DNA of 64,000 nucleotides from Pecten maximus (GCF_902652985.1 NC_047022.1:37138001-37202000); one strand, 5' to 3'. Positions 1-15,000 are shown, counted from the first letter of the stretch. Numbers and translations: made by a program. The notes: generated by a model from the letters alone, not told the origin.

Positions 1-95
1 GATGTTGAGTATGATGTTAAATTCTGGGGGCCATACTTGTCTGACAGACAGTGGGGAACTGTCAGGGAGGATACAGAAGTGAAGGATGATAGTTG
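1..95 (+). CDS. GH63-like exon 1 in window (partial)
   Basis: [31 protein letters not shown]; donor TG|GTAAT. Confidence 0.88.
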
Positions 96-3000
96 GTAAT
101 TACATGTTCTGCAAATTAATATGTCATGTATTATAAATAAAAACCTTAACCTTCGTTCTTTTGGCATTTCCAGAGAGACTAAACACTAGCACTCTTAATA
201 CCATTTGAGTTAAAGTGACATTAATATCATTGGAATTAAATTTTGTTGTCACCGGGGTGTGGAAATATTACCAGAGACAGAAGTAGTTCGTTTGATGGTT
301 TAATATCAGATCATAAAACCTACAAAGATAAGACAAACATTTACTCACAAAGTCTTCCAAATCGAACACACTCACCCAGTCTCGAACGCGAGTTCCACAC
401 ACCATTCACCATTACTACAATGTCAACTTACCAGGCTTCTATATGGCGACAATTCAACTCGGTCATCTCTCGATGACCGATGCTAGCTAGTGCTTTGCGC
501 TGCTGGACCGCTTGCGCCGACGTCCAGCAATAGAATGATAGCTATAGGTAGAGAGATAGAAAGCCAGAAAGGAAGTTACGTAAACAGGTGTGGGAACGCA
601 ACGAGCGTGCAAAGCAAGTGCAGGTGTTAATTGCTGAGTTGCGTTCATGCTGATGTCCATGTCACGTCGGACTGGTCCGGCTACTTTGTACACATACCTT
701 ACATTCCACAAGACAGGTACTTTGACAGGATAATATAAACAACATGTCACGTACACAGGGACTTGACGCACACATACACAATGAATACTTATGTATACCT
801 GGAGAGGTATACAACGTACAATACGTATACTATGTTATATATATATGAATATGTATATAACACCTGGGTTACATTGTTAATATCAATGTACATGTGTTTT
901 GACAGCTGGAATGCGGTTGGCCATGATGCAGCTCGTGAAACAGTTTATATGTGGGGAGAGGATGGTCTGATGGGTGTGTCTGACTTGGAAGGGCGTTTGT
1001 GTGCCAGTCTGGCACTCTGGAATGGCAAAGATGCATTCCTGAAAGAGAGGCTCTTTGGTCTTGCAGGCCCTGAGGTTTGTATGACAATATAGTTGTGCTA
1101 ATTATAGAAATGAAAACTGGAAACAAACCAAGGTATGTGGATAAGTAGATGCTGATGGCCGGAGTCTTGTCAGATTTGGTCTGTAGATGAGTAAATGCTG
1201 ATGGCTTCAGTTCTTTGTAAAGTTGGTAGCTACAGGCTTTTCAGCCATTAGATGTGGCTGTGCTTTTCTGAATGGTATTTTGATTTGACAATTTTGAAAG
1301 AGCCGTTGCTCATTAAATCTCACTCAAAATGTTTACCAGGGTATCTTGTCCTGGGCTCTCCTCGCTTCATATCGTTTTTGTCTGATCTCTAAAAAACTTG
1401 ATAGGATTTGTAACCATGATCATATGTAGTATTGTTTCCTTAGCAACATTTGATTTGACAATTCTTATGAAAAATTTCAATAATTTTAATGAAGAATGAA
1501 ACTATGGAACAATTTGACATGACCAGAGAATCTAATCCCCAAATCACCTATCCCCTCCCCAAACCATTTTTAAATTAAATGTTTCCAATGATAATCAAAA
1601 TCTTATCAAGTGTAGAACTTGATGGTGTGATATCATTGTGTAAATATAAACTAAATCTTTCCAGAGCTTCATGAGATATTGTGTACCCGATTTCCCTGAT
1701 GCTAGTTGTACATGAACTGTGCAAGAAAACAAAATGGTTGCCATTTTTCATTTTGACAGCTGAATATTGTTTTTACATGTTACAAAAGACATGAAATATT
1801 AAAACTGGTAAGGGTATGGGAGTGCTATGTAGAAAGTGTTTAATCATGAAATTAGCACATACTATTGTATTGTGTAGGGTAACCACGGCGAGGATGTGAA
1901 GGAGCTTTACTATTACCTAGACAACACTCCCGACCACTCCTACATGAGGTCTCTGTACCGGTATCCTATGGAGGAGTTTCCTTATGTCAGTCTCCGCAAC
2001 CAGAATGTCAATAGGGAAATCACTGACACTGAATTTGAAATCATGGACACAGGTAGGCTTGATAATTTATTCAGTATAAATGTAATTTGTAGGTATAAAA
2101 ACTCTGTTTGATAGACCTTGACATAGCGGCATTTAAAGCACTGTCAATGTTTAGACCCTTAAGTAAAGAGTTATATTAAGTGTTAAAATATTTTCACTGT
2201 GTATTTTCTTTTTCACTAGAAGTTGTACTGTGCATGCATTCCCTACTTTGAAGGAAATCCTGAGGGCAGGTTTATTGATTGTCAGCCTTGTATTATCCTG
2301 AAGGGTTAAATATCTCCATGTGTCCCTAACCAAGACTAATAGTATACTTTATATTGTCAGTATGCAACAATACCTTGAATGATACTCATGACAGTCTCCA
2401 TCATCAGGATACGCGATGGACAATCCGCTTTGATGACTCGCGGTGCATCGATCACCACAGGTTTTCGTGACATGTCATGTGACTGTAGTCATCAGGGATC
2501 ACGATGACGCAGTTTTCAAGTTTTGGATGTGGATTTAAAGTGATAGGTCACATTGCTTCCCACCCAAACAGATAATTGGTCATCAGGCAATTGCAGAATA
2601 GTCCCACTTCGTAGTGCGCATACTGTACTTACAAAGTCCAGGAAGGGCAACTTAGCAGGGCTGGATAAGTTTTTTGAATTTCACTCTAGACATACATAGG
2701 GAAAGATCAAATTTAGAAGGCAGGCTGGTCTGATATTTTTGTTTTATGTAGGATTTTGATACATCGTCATGTACCTGCAGGTGTGTTTGATAAGAATCGT
2801 TACTGGGACATCTACACAGAGTATGGTAAAGATACTAACGGAAGCCTCGTCTGTTGTTACACCCTCCACAACAGATCTGACGATTCCGCCTCTATCTCTG
2901 TCATCCCACAGTTCTGGTACAGGTAAGCACACTAACGACAGCCTCGTCTGTTGTACACCCTCCACGACAGATCTGACGATTCCGCCTCTATCTCTGTCAT

Positions 3001-6000
3001 CCCACAGTTCTGGTACAGGTAAGTACACTAACGACAGCCTCGTCTGTTGTACACCCTCCACGACAGATCTGACGATTCCGCCTCTATCTCTGTCATCCCA
3101 CAGTTCTGGTACAGGTAAGTACACTAACGACAGCCTCGTCTGTTGTACACCCTCCACGACAGATCTGACGATTCCGCCTCTATCTCTGTCATCCCACAGT
3201 TCTGGTACAGGTAAGCACACTAACGACAGCCTCATCTGTTGTACACCCTCCACGACAGATCTGACGATTCCGCCTCTATCTCTGTCATCCCACAGTTCTG
3301 GTACAGGTAAGCACACTAACGACAGCCTCATCTGTTGTACACCCTCCACGACAGATCTGACGATTCCGCCTCTATCTCTGTCATCCCACAGTTCTGGTAC
3401 AGGTAAGCACACTAACGACAGCCTCATCTGTTGTACACCCTCCACGACAGATCTGACGATTCCGCCTCTATCTCTGTCATCCCACAGTTCTGGTACAGGT
3501 AAGTACACTAACGACAGCCTCGTCTGTTGTACACCCTCCACAGCAGATCTGACGATTCCGCCTCTATCTCTGTCATCCCACAGTTCTGGTACAGGTAAGT
3601 ACACTAACGACAGCCTCGTCTGTTGTACACCCTCCACAGCAGATCTGACGATTCCGCCTCTATCTCTGTCATCCCACAGTTCTGGTACAGGTAAGTACAC
3701 TAACGACAGCCTCGTCTGTTGTACACCCTCCACAACAGATCTGACGATTCCGCCTCTATCTCTGTCATCCCACAGTTCTGGTACAGTTAAGGGCACATGT
3801 GGTAATACATCACTGCTACCTACTTTTTTGCTATAACACAGATTTTAAAATCATACCTTTTCATGAGAAAATATGTGTAAAAGTAGAGTGTCAAGTCAAA
3901 TTACTTGCTCAGACCAGTGGGAAGTTCCATTTAGCCTTCAATGTCTGTTAGAGAGAGGTCACTAGGTCAAGCCAAAGTTCTGTGGATATTTTTCATCATT
4001 CTTTACTATAACATGCAAACCATTATTAGCTCACCTAGCCCAAAGGGACTGTAAGCTTATGCCATGGTGCAGCGTCCGTCCTCCATCATCCGTCCTTCAT
4101 TGTCCGTCCTCTGTCAACATTTTCTTTAAATCCCTACTTCTCCCGCACGCCTGAATGGATTTCTATGAAATTTGGACTGGAGCATTATTGGTTAAAGGAA
4201 AACTAATAATGTATAGATGAAGAATGTGACACCCTTTGGGCGGAAGGGGAACACCCCTTCCGCCCAAAGGGTGTCACATTCTTCCCAGTAGAGGAAATAG
4301 AGGTAAATCCTTTAAATCTCTACTAGTCTTGAACACCTGAATAGATTTTGATGAAATTTGGCCTGGAGCATTATTTGGCAAAGAAGAACTAATGTTGTAT
4401 GAATGTAGGATGTGGCTCTCTTGGGACTGGAGGGATGGGGCTATATATGGAAAATAGAGGTAAATATGTTAATTACCTACTATTCCTGAAACAAATGGAT
4501 GCATTTTCATGAAATTTGGTCTGGAGCATTATTGAATAAAGAAAAATCTAATATCGTATAAATGATTTTTTGACCATTGTTGAGAGAGGCAGTGCAAAAG
4601 TAAGAAAATGTTTTAGATATAAATTAAATTAAAGTATTTTGCCACAATTACTGAAATATCTAGGTGAGCGATACAGGCCCTCTGGGCCTCTTGTATGACA
4701 TAACTCGTGGCTTTATTTGAAGATTATCAAGTGAATCCATGTTTGTAATTTTATCAGAAATACATGGAATGGTCAATCACTGCGTGATGCTCCTCGTCCT
4801 ACACTGTCACAGACTTCACCTTTTGTACTGGAGGCCGATTACACTCTAGGTAGGTTTTCACCTTTTATATTGAAGTCTGTTAACACTCGAGGGAAGTTTT
4901 CACCTTTTATATTCAAGTCTGTTTACACTCTAGGGAGGTTTTCACCTTTTATATTGAAGTCTGTTTACACTCTAGGTAGGTTTTCACCTTTTATATTGAA
5001 GTCTATTTACACTCTAGGTAGGTTTTCACCTTTTATATTGAAGTCTGTTTACACTCTAGGTAGGTTTTCACCTTTTATACTGAAGTCTGTTTACACTCTA
5101 GGGAAGTTTTCACCTTTTGTACTGAAGTCTGTTTACACTCTAGGGAGGTTTTCACCCTTTATACTGAAGTCTGTTTACACTCGAGGGAAGTTTTCACCTT
5201 TTATATTCAAGTCTGTTTACACTCTAGGGAGGTTTTCACCTTTTATATTGAAGTCTGTTTACACTCTAGGTAGGTTTTCACCTTTTATATTGAAGTCTAT
5301 TTACACTCTAGGTAGGTTTTCACCTTTTATATTGAAGTCTGTTTACACTCTAGGTAGGTTTTCACCCTTTATACTGAAGTCTGTTTACACTCTAGGGAAG
5401 TTTTCACCTTTTGTACTGAAGTCTGTTTACACTCTAGGGAGGTTTTCACCCTTTATATTGAAGTCTGTTAACACTCGAGGGAAGTTTTCACCTTTTGTAC
5501 TGAAGTCTGTATACACTCTAGGTAGGTTTTCACCTTTTATATTGAAGTCTGTTTATACTCTAGGGAGGTTTTCACCCTTTATATTGAAGTCTGTTAACAC
5601 TCGAGGGAAGTTTTCACCTTTTGTACTGAAGTCTGTTTACACTCTAGGTAGGTTTTCACCTTTTGTACTGAAGTCTGTTTACACCCTAGGTAGGTTTTCA
5701 CCCTTTATACTGATGTCTGTTTACACTCTAGGGAGGTTTTCACCTTTTATATTGAAGTCTGTTTACACTCTAGGTAGGTTTTCACCTTTTATATTGAAGT
5801 CTGTTTACACTTGAGGTAAGTTTTCACCTTTTATATTGAAGTCTGTTTACACTCTAGGGAGGTTTTCACCTTTTATATTGAAGTCTGTTTACACTCTAGG
5901 GAGGTTTTCACCCTTTATATTGAAGTCTGTTTACACTTGAGGTAAGTTTTCACCTTTTATATTGAAGTCTGTTTACACTCTAGGTAGGTTTTCACCCTTT

Positions 6001-9000
6001 ATATTGAAGTCTGTTTACACTCTAGGTAGGTTTTCACCCTTTATACTGAAGTCTGTTTACACTCTAGGGAAGTTTTCACCTTTTATACTAAAGTCTGTTT
6101 ACACTCTAGGTAGGTTTTCACCTTTTGTACTGAAGTTTGTTTACACTCTATGTAGGTAAAGACACTTCACTCAGAAATTAATTTCTGACTTAATTTATTA
6201 TTTACTTTTATTATGAAATCTGAGGAAATGTTCTGAAAAATTAATTATTTTGATAACCATGCTAAAATGCATTAACACATGTTTATGTTGATACTTTTGC
6301 CTCCATACAGGATCATTTGTAGTAAGGCTTGGTGTTGATGATGCAGAAGGTCCACCGGAAATAGTGTTTACAGAAAACGATGATAAATCTACTTCCTTAC
6401 ACTCCAAGTATAGAGAACGTCAGTATTACAAGGATGCCTTTCATCTGTATGTTGTCAATGGTAAGTACTGCTAGACATTGGATTTTACTACCAGGTAGGT
6501 TTTGTATAGTGAAATTCCTGTTTTACAATGAACAGGTAAAAATGATTCTATCAGACTGAAAATCTTACTTTATGTTGAACAGGAGAAAAGGATGCCATAC
6601 GCGGCGAGGGACCAACAACAAAATGTGCAGCTGTCTATCAATTGACAGTGCCCCCTGGTGGCCACAAGAAGGTGTGCTGGGGGCTGTATCCAAAGGAAAA
6701 CTGTAATACCAGCAATCTGTGGGATGTTTCAAAACATGTCGAGGATGTCATTCTTCAGAGGTCCCAAGCAGCCAATACCTTTTATCAGTCGGTATGTGTA
6801 TGGAACATTTATCTGTCCATGAAATTTTCTCCCCATCTTTATTACTTATTGATGGAATTATCATTTCATATATTTCAGGAAAACTTTGAATAGTGAACGC
6901 TGCCTCTCTGATATAATGTGTTGGTAGTGGTTTACTGTATAGTTGTTAAATTTTCTGGGGCTAATATTTTGCGTTTTTTTATTGTCTGACATAGTTTAAA
7001 GTATTCAATTTTGCGCAATCTAATATTTGCATGTATATATACAGGTATATAATGCATATTCATAGTCTATGGTTTGGATATTTGATGGGTTTTTTTTTTG
7101 CACTATCCTATTGACCGTGAGTATAGCAAACCAATAACATTGTACATAGTAAATGACATCTGGAATTGTATAATCATGTCATTTTTATTCTATTTCGAGG
7201 TGTATTATAAATGTGATCATAATAATTTTTTATAAAAGCATTGTACATCATCATTGTGTATTAAGGTAAAGTATTTAAAGACTCCCTCGGTAACAACACA
7301 CAGCGCCACAAATACAGAGATGTGAAGAAGCTTTAACATTTTATAAATCAAGAATTAGAGATTAGAAATAATAAAAAGGCATTCTGCAAGTTATTTATTC
7401 TGTTACAACACTGTGTATGGTATGATGTCTATAAACTCTGTAAGTAGTCAACATTCTCCCATACTTGATAGGGTGATCCCATGGTACATAGGACAAATCA
7501 GTCTCTAACAGGATAGGAAAACACAGCTGACACACTACAACATCATAATTAAGATTATATGGAGGACAGTAGGTATCAGGTTTATATATTGTCTGACAAG
7601 AATCACTATAATTAAGATTATATGGAGAGCAGTAGGTATCAGGTATATAGGTTGTCTGACAAGAAGCTGTATCATTAAGCATTGAACCATGTATGTTAGA
7701 TCTACTTTTGTACTTTGATAGATGTTTCCAGTGACCTGGGATAAAGAATGGACCGTCGTGGCGAGACAGGCCTGTGCTGGACTGCTCTGGCACAAACAGT
7801 ACTACAGTTACAGTGTGGTTGATTGGATCAACACAGTTCACAGGAAAGAGAGACAAGATGTGGGCTGCTGTGGAGCATTGAGGAAAAAGAGGAACCTGTC
7901 TACCATCAGGAATAATCAGTGGACACACTTCAATGCCCATGACATCATGTCTGTACCGGATAAATGGGAGTTTCCATGGGTAAGAATAAAATATTGTTTA
8001 ATCAATGGCATTATATTGACAGAATACATTACAGATGTTTATTTATTAGGTTTGGTATATTGATTATCATGTTACAAACCCATCAGATACAAACTTTGAT
8101 TCCCAAGTTAGTAACTTGTAAACAGTACATGTATTCTGTTGTTGTCTAGTTTGCCCCATGGGATACAGCCTTCCAGATGATCCCGTTGATGAGACTTGAC
8201 ATGGAATTTGCCAAAGACCAGTTACTATTACTACTCTCGGATCGTTTTCTTCATCCTTCAGGACAGGTAACCTTTTAAGGAATTTTGTTTCCTAGGTAAA
8301 CTCTAGATTGGCCCCTAAACCAGAAATAAATTGAAATTATCTTATATCACATAAGTACTAAGCTAGACACCAACTTGTTGATTTCCTCTGACAGGCCTCA
8401 CTGGTAAATGCTGAGTTTTGTGTCAGAGGTGATCTCGTACACAGTTTTGTGTCTTAAGGTAGACTTGTACACAGTATTGTGTCTGAGGTAGACTTGTACA
8501 TAGTGTTGTGTCTGAGGTAGACTTGTACACACTGTTGAGTCTGAGGTAGACTCCTACAAAATATTGTGGTGTCTGAGGTAAACTCGTACACAGTGTTGTG
8601 TCTGAGGTAGACTCCTACAAAATATTGTGGTGTCTGAGGTAAACTCGTACACAGTGTTGTATCTGAGGTAGACTTGTACACAGTATTGTGTCTGAGGTAG
8701 ACTTGTACACAGTATTGTGTCAGAGGTAAACTCGTACACAGTATTGTGTCTGAGGTAGACTTGTACACAGTGTTGTGTCTGAGGTAGACTTATACACAGT
8801 GTTGAGTCTGAGGTAGACTTGTACACAGTATTATGTCTGAGGTAGACTTGTACACAGTATTGTGTCTGAGGTAGACTTGTACACAGTATTGTATCTGAGG
8901 AAGACTTGTACACAGTATTGTATCTGAGGTTGACTTGTACACACTGTTGAGTCTGAGGTAGACTTGTACACAGTATTGTGTCTGAGGTAGACTTGTACAC

Positions 9001-12000
9001 AGTATTGTGTCTGAGGTAGACTTGTACACAGTATTGTGTCTGAGGTAGACTTGTACACAGTATTGTGTCTGAGGTAGACTTGTACACAGTGTTGTGTCTG
9101 AGGTAGACTTGTACACAGTATTGTATCTGAGGTAGACTTGTACACAGTATTGTGTCTGAGGTAGACTTGTACACAGTATTGTGTCTGAGGTAGACTTGTA
9201 CACAGTATTGTGTCTGAGGTAGACTTGTACACAGTATTGTATCTGAGGTAGACTTGTACACAGTATTGTATCTGAGGTAGACTTGTACACAGTATTATGT
9301 CTGAGGTAGACTTGTACACAGTGTTGTCTGAGGTAGACTTGTACACAGTATTGTGTCTGAGGTAGACTTGTACACAGTATTGTACCTGAGGTAGACTTGT
9401 ACACAGTATTGTATCTGAGGTAGACTTGTACACAGTATTATGTCTGAGGTAGACTTGTACACAGTATTGTACCTGAGGTAGACTTGTACACAGTATTGTG
9501 TCTGAGGTAGACTTGTACACAGTATTGTGTCTGAGGTAGACTCCTACACAGTATTGTGTCTGAGGTAGACTTGTACACAGTATTGTGTCTGAGGTAGACT
9601 TGTACACAGTATTGTGTCTGAGGTAGACTTGTACACAGTATTGTACCTGAGGTAGACTTGTACACAGTATTGTGTCTGAGGTAGACTTGTACACAGTATT
9701 GTGTCTGAGGTAGACTTGTACACAGTATTGTGTCTGAGGTAGACTTGTACACAGTATTGTACCTGAGGTAGACTCCTACACAGTATTGTGTCTGAGGTAG
9801 ACTTGTACACAGTATTGTGTCTGAGGTAGACTTGTACGCAGTATTGTATCTGAGGTAGACTTGTACACAGTATTGTGTCTGAGGTAGACTTGTACACAGT
9901 ATTATGTCTGAGGTAGACTTGTACACAGTGTTGTGTCTGAGGTAAACTTGTACACAGTATTGTACCTGAGGTAGACTTGTACACAGTATTGTACCTGAGG
10001 TAGACTTGTACACAGTATTGTATCTGAGGTAGACTTGTACACAGTGTTGTGTCTGAGGTAAACTTGTACACAGTGTTGTGTCTGAGGTAGACTTGTACAC
10101 ACTGTTGAGTCTGAGGTAGACTTGTACACAGTATTATGTCTGAGGTAGACTTGTACACCGTATTGTGTCTAAGGTAGACTTATACACACTGTTGTGTCTG
10201 AGGTAAACTTGTACACAGTATTATGTCATCAATCTATTATCTTGTGATCAGTCTGTTATTATATACAAGTTCTGTGTGATCAGTGTGGTATTATGTACAA
10301 GTTCTGTGTGATCAGTCTGTTATTATGTACAAGTTCTGTGTGATCAGTCTGTTATTATGTACAAGTTCTGTGTGATCAGTGTGTTATTATGTACAAGTTC
10401 TGTGTGATCAATCTGTTATTATGTACAAGTTCTGTGTGATCAGTGTGTTATTATGTACAAGTTCTGTGTGATTAGTCTGTTATTATGTACAAGTTCTGTG
10501 TGATCAGTGTGTTATTATGTACAAGTTCTGTGTGATTAGTGTGGTATTATGTACAAGTTCTGTGTGATCAGTCTGTTATTATGTACAAGTTCTGTGTGAT
10601 CAGTGTGGTATTATTTACAAGTTCTGTGTGATCAGTGTGTTATTATATACAAGTTCTGTGTGATCAGTCTGTTATTATGTACAAGTTCTGTGTGATCAGT
10701 GTGGTATTATGTACAAGGTCTGTGTGATCAGTCTGTTATTATGTACAAGTTCTGTGTGATCAATGTGGTATTATGTACAAGGTCTGTGTGATAAGTCTGT
10801 TATTATGTACAAGTTCTGTGTGATCAGTCTGTTATTATGTACAAGTTCTGTGTGATCAGTCTGTTATTATGTACAAGGTCTGTGTGATCAGTGTGGTATT
10901 ATATACAAGTTCTGTGTGATCAGTGTGGTATTATGTACAAGTTCTGTGTGATCAGTCTTTTATTATATACAAGTTCTGTGTGATAAGTCTGTCATTATGT
11001 ACAAGTTCTGTGTGATCAGTCTGTTATTATGTACAAGTTCTGTGTGATCAGTGTGGTATTATGTACAAGTTCTGTGTGATCAGTGTGGTATTATGTACAA
11101 GTTCTGTGTGATCAGTGTGGTATTATGTACAAGTTCTGTGTGATCAGTGTGGTATTATGTACAAGTTCTGTGTGATCAGTGTGGTATTATGTACAAGCTC
11201 TGTGTGATCAGTGTGGTATTATGTACAAGTTCTGTGTGATCAGTGTGGTATTATGTACAAGTTCTGTGTGATCAGTGTGGTATTATGTACAAGTTCTGTG
11301 TGATCAGTGTGGTATTATGTACAAGTTCTGTGTGATCAGTCTGTTATTATGTACAAGGTCTGTGTGATCAGTGTTTCTCCCACCTTTCACTGATTTGTCT
11401 CCCGTTTTGAGTGTACAAGATTTCTCTGTCTTTTTTAGCGCGTGCAACCTGTCATACCCTAGGGTGTGACAGATTGCATGCGCTCACTTTCTTCACCGGA
11501 AGTACTACCGGAACTACTTTTTAGCTCACCTGGACCAAAGGCCCGGTGAGCTTATGCCATGGCGCGGCGTCCGTCGTCCGTCGTCCGTCCGTCCGTCAAC
11601 ATTTGCTTCAAATCGCTACTAGTCAAAAAGTTCTTATTGGATTTTGACCAAATTTGGCCAGAAACATCCTTGGCAGAATAAGAACAGATTTTGCATAAAT
11701 GGTGACTCTGACCCCCGAGGGGCCAAAGGAGCGGGGCCCAATAGGGGAAATAGAGGTAATTCCTTTAAATCGCTACTAGTCATAAAGTTATCAAAGGATT
11801 TGAACCCAATTTGGTCAGAAACATCCTTGGGGAAAGGGGAACAGATTTTGCATAAATGGTGACTCTGACCCTAAAGGGGCCAAAGGGGCGGGGCCCAGTG
11901 GGGGAAATAGAGGTAATTCCTTTAAATCGCTACTAGTCATAAAGTTATGAATGGATTTGAACCCAATTTGGTCAGAAACATTCTTGGGGGAAGGGGAAGA

Positions 12001-15000
12001 GATTTTGCATAAATGGTGGCTCTGACCCCGGAGGGGCCAAAGGGGCGGGGCCCAATAGAGGAAATAGAGGTAATTCCTTTAAATCACTACTAGTCATTAA
12101 GTTATGAATGGATTTGAACCCAATTTGGTCAGAAACATCCTTGGGGGAACGGAAACAGATTTTGCATAAATGGTGATTCTGACCCCCAAGGGGCCAAAGG
12201 GGCGGGGCCAAATAGGGGAAATAAAGGTAATTCCTTTAAATCGCTACTTGTCATAAAGTTATGAATGGATTTGAACCCAATTTGGTCAGAAACTTCCTTG
12301 GAGGAAGAGGAACCTATTTTGCATAAATGGTGACTCTGACCCCCGAGGGGCCAAAGGGGCGGGTCCCAAAAGGGAAATAGAAGTAATACTTTTAAATCGC
12401 TACTAGTCATAAAGTTATTAATGGATTTGAACCCAATTTGGTCAGAAACATCCTTTGGGGAAGGGGAAGAGATTTTGCATAAATGGTGGCTCTGACCCCA
12501 GAGGGGACAAAGGGGCGGGGCCCATTGGGGGAAATAGAGGTAATTCCTTTAAATCGCTACTAGTCATAAAGTTATGAATAGATTTGAACCCAATTTGGTC
12601 AGAAACATCCTTGGGGGAAGGGGAACAGATTTTGCATAAATGGTGATTCTGACCCCCAAAGGGGCCAAAGGGGCGGGGCCGAGTGGGGGAAATAGAGGTA
12701 ATTCCTTTTATCGCTACTAGTCATAAAGTTATGAATGGATTTGAACCCAATTTTGGTCAGAAACATCCTTGGGGAAAGATGAACAGATTTTGCATAAATG
12801 GTGACTGACCATAAAGGGGCCAAAGGGGCGGGGCCAATTATGGGAAATAGAGGTAATTCCTCTAAATCGCTACTAGTCATAAAGTTATGGATGGATTTGA
12901 ACCCAATTCGGTCAGAAACATCCTTGGGGAAGGGAAAGAGATTTTGCATAAATGGTGACTCTGACCCCGGAGGGGCCAAAGGGGCAGGGCCCGATAGGGG
13001 AAATAGAAGTAATTCCTATCACTACTAGTCATAAAGTTATGAATGGATTTGAACCAAATTTGGTCAGAGATATCTTTGGGGGAAGGGGAATAGATTTTGC
13101 ATAAATGGTGGCTCTGACCCCAAAGGGGCTAAAGGGGCGGGGCCCAATAGGGGAAATGAGGTAATTCCTTTAAATCGCTACTTGTCATAAAGTTATGAAT
13201 GGATTTGAACCCAATTTGGTCAGAATCTTCCTTGGGAGGAAGAGGAACCTATTTTGCATAAATGGTGACACTGACCCCCGAGGGGCCAAAAGGGCGGGTC
13301 CCAATAGGGGAAATAGAAGTAATTCCTTTAAATCACTACTAGTCATAAAGTTATGAATGGATTTGAACCCAATTTGGTCAGAGATATCTTTGGGGGAAGG
13401 GGAACAGATTTGTATAAATGGTGACTCTGACCCCTGAGGGGCCAAAGGGGCGGGGCCCAATAGGTGAAATAGAGGTAATTCCTTAAAAACGCTACTAGTT
13501 ATTAAGTTATGAATGGATTTGAACCCAATATGTTCCGAAACATCCTTGGGGGAAGGGGAACAGATTGTGCATAAATGGTGACTCTGACCTTAAAGGGGCC
13601 AAAAGGGCGGGGCCAGTGGGGAAATAGATGTAATTCCTTTGAAGCGCTACTAGTCATAAAATTATGAAAGGATTTGAACCCAATTTGGTCAGAGATATCT
13701 TTGGGGGAAGGGGAACAGATTTTGCATAAATGGTGACTCTGACCCCTGAGGGGCCAAAGGGGCGGGGCCCAATAGGTGAAATAGAGGTAATTCCTTAAAA
13801 ACGCTACTAGTTATTAAGTTATGAATGGATTTGAACCCAATATGTTCCGAAACATCCTTGGGGGAAGGGGAACAGATTGTGCATAAATGGTGACTCTGAC
13901 CTTAAAGGGGCCAAAAGGGCGGGGCCCAGTGGGGAAATAGAGGTAATTCCTTTGAAGCGCTACTAGTCATAAAGTTATGAAAGGATTTGAACCCAATTTG
14001 GTCAGAAACATCCTTGGGGGAAGGGGAACAGATTTTGCATAAATGGTGGCTCTGACCACGGAGGGGCCAAAGGGGTGGGGCCCAATAGGGGAAATAGAAG
14101 TAATTCCTTTAAATTGCTACTAGTCATAAAGTTATTAATGGATTTGAACCAAATTTTCAGAAACATCCTTGGGGGAAGGGGAACAGATTGTGAATAAATA
14201 GTGACTCTGACCCTAAAGGGGCCAAAAGGGCAGGGCCCAGTGAGGGAAATAGAGGTAATTCCTTTGAATCGCTACTAGTCATGAAGTTATGAATGGATTT
14301 GAACCCAATTTGATCAGTAACATGCCTGGTGGAAGGGAACAGATTTTGCATAAACGGTGACTCTGACCCTAAAGGGGCCAAAAGGGCGGGGCCCAGTGGG
14401 GGAAATAGAGGTAATTCCTTTGAATCGCTACTAGTCATCAAGTTATGAATGGATTTGAACCCAATTTGGTCAGAAACAAGGGAACAGATTTTGCATAAAT
14501 GGTGACTCTGACCCCCGAAGGGGCAAAGGGGCTGGGCCCAATAGGTGAAATAGAGGTAATTCCTTTAAATCGCTACTAGTCATAAAGTGATGAATGCATG
14601 TTCTATAAACAATTCTTGAGGTCTTTCAGACCTTAGAGAGTCTGGACTTCATTAATCTTTAAAGCAGTTCGGATTCCCACACTATAACCATACATAGCAT
14701 TGTCAGAGTTTTACAAATAAAGCAAATTGAATATGAACATTATTTCGACATTTGGTCTAATCCAACCAGGTGAGCGATACAGGCCCCATGGGCCTCTTGT
14801 TTTTGTTTACATTACGTCGTCTGCTACGTCAACAAACAAATTGTGTACACAATAATACAAAAATCCCCAGTCTCTAAACAACTATAGACAACTGAACAGT
14901 TTCCAAAAACAAAAAATGTCTGCCATTCTTTCAAATACAAATGAATCCCCCAACTGTAGGCCTACAACTGAAACTGAGAGCACACGTACACCTACCTGCA

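Noticed and set aside
171-770. CpG-rich stretch in intron 1 (similar one at about 2360-2640)
   Set aside because: Possibly TE remnants, but no termini, TSD or RNA motif could be supported by eye.
2744-3836. 350-355-aa repetitive ORFs on both strands
   Set aside because: By-product of the 96-nt period; the real exon uses another frame and ends at 2922.
8454-10158. Multiple long minus-strand ORFs
   Set aside because: Translation of a stop-free 29-bp minisatellite in all frames; no domain content.
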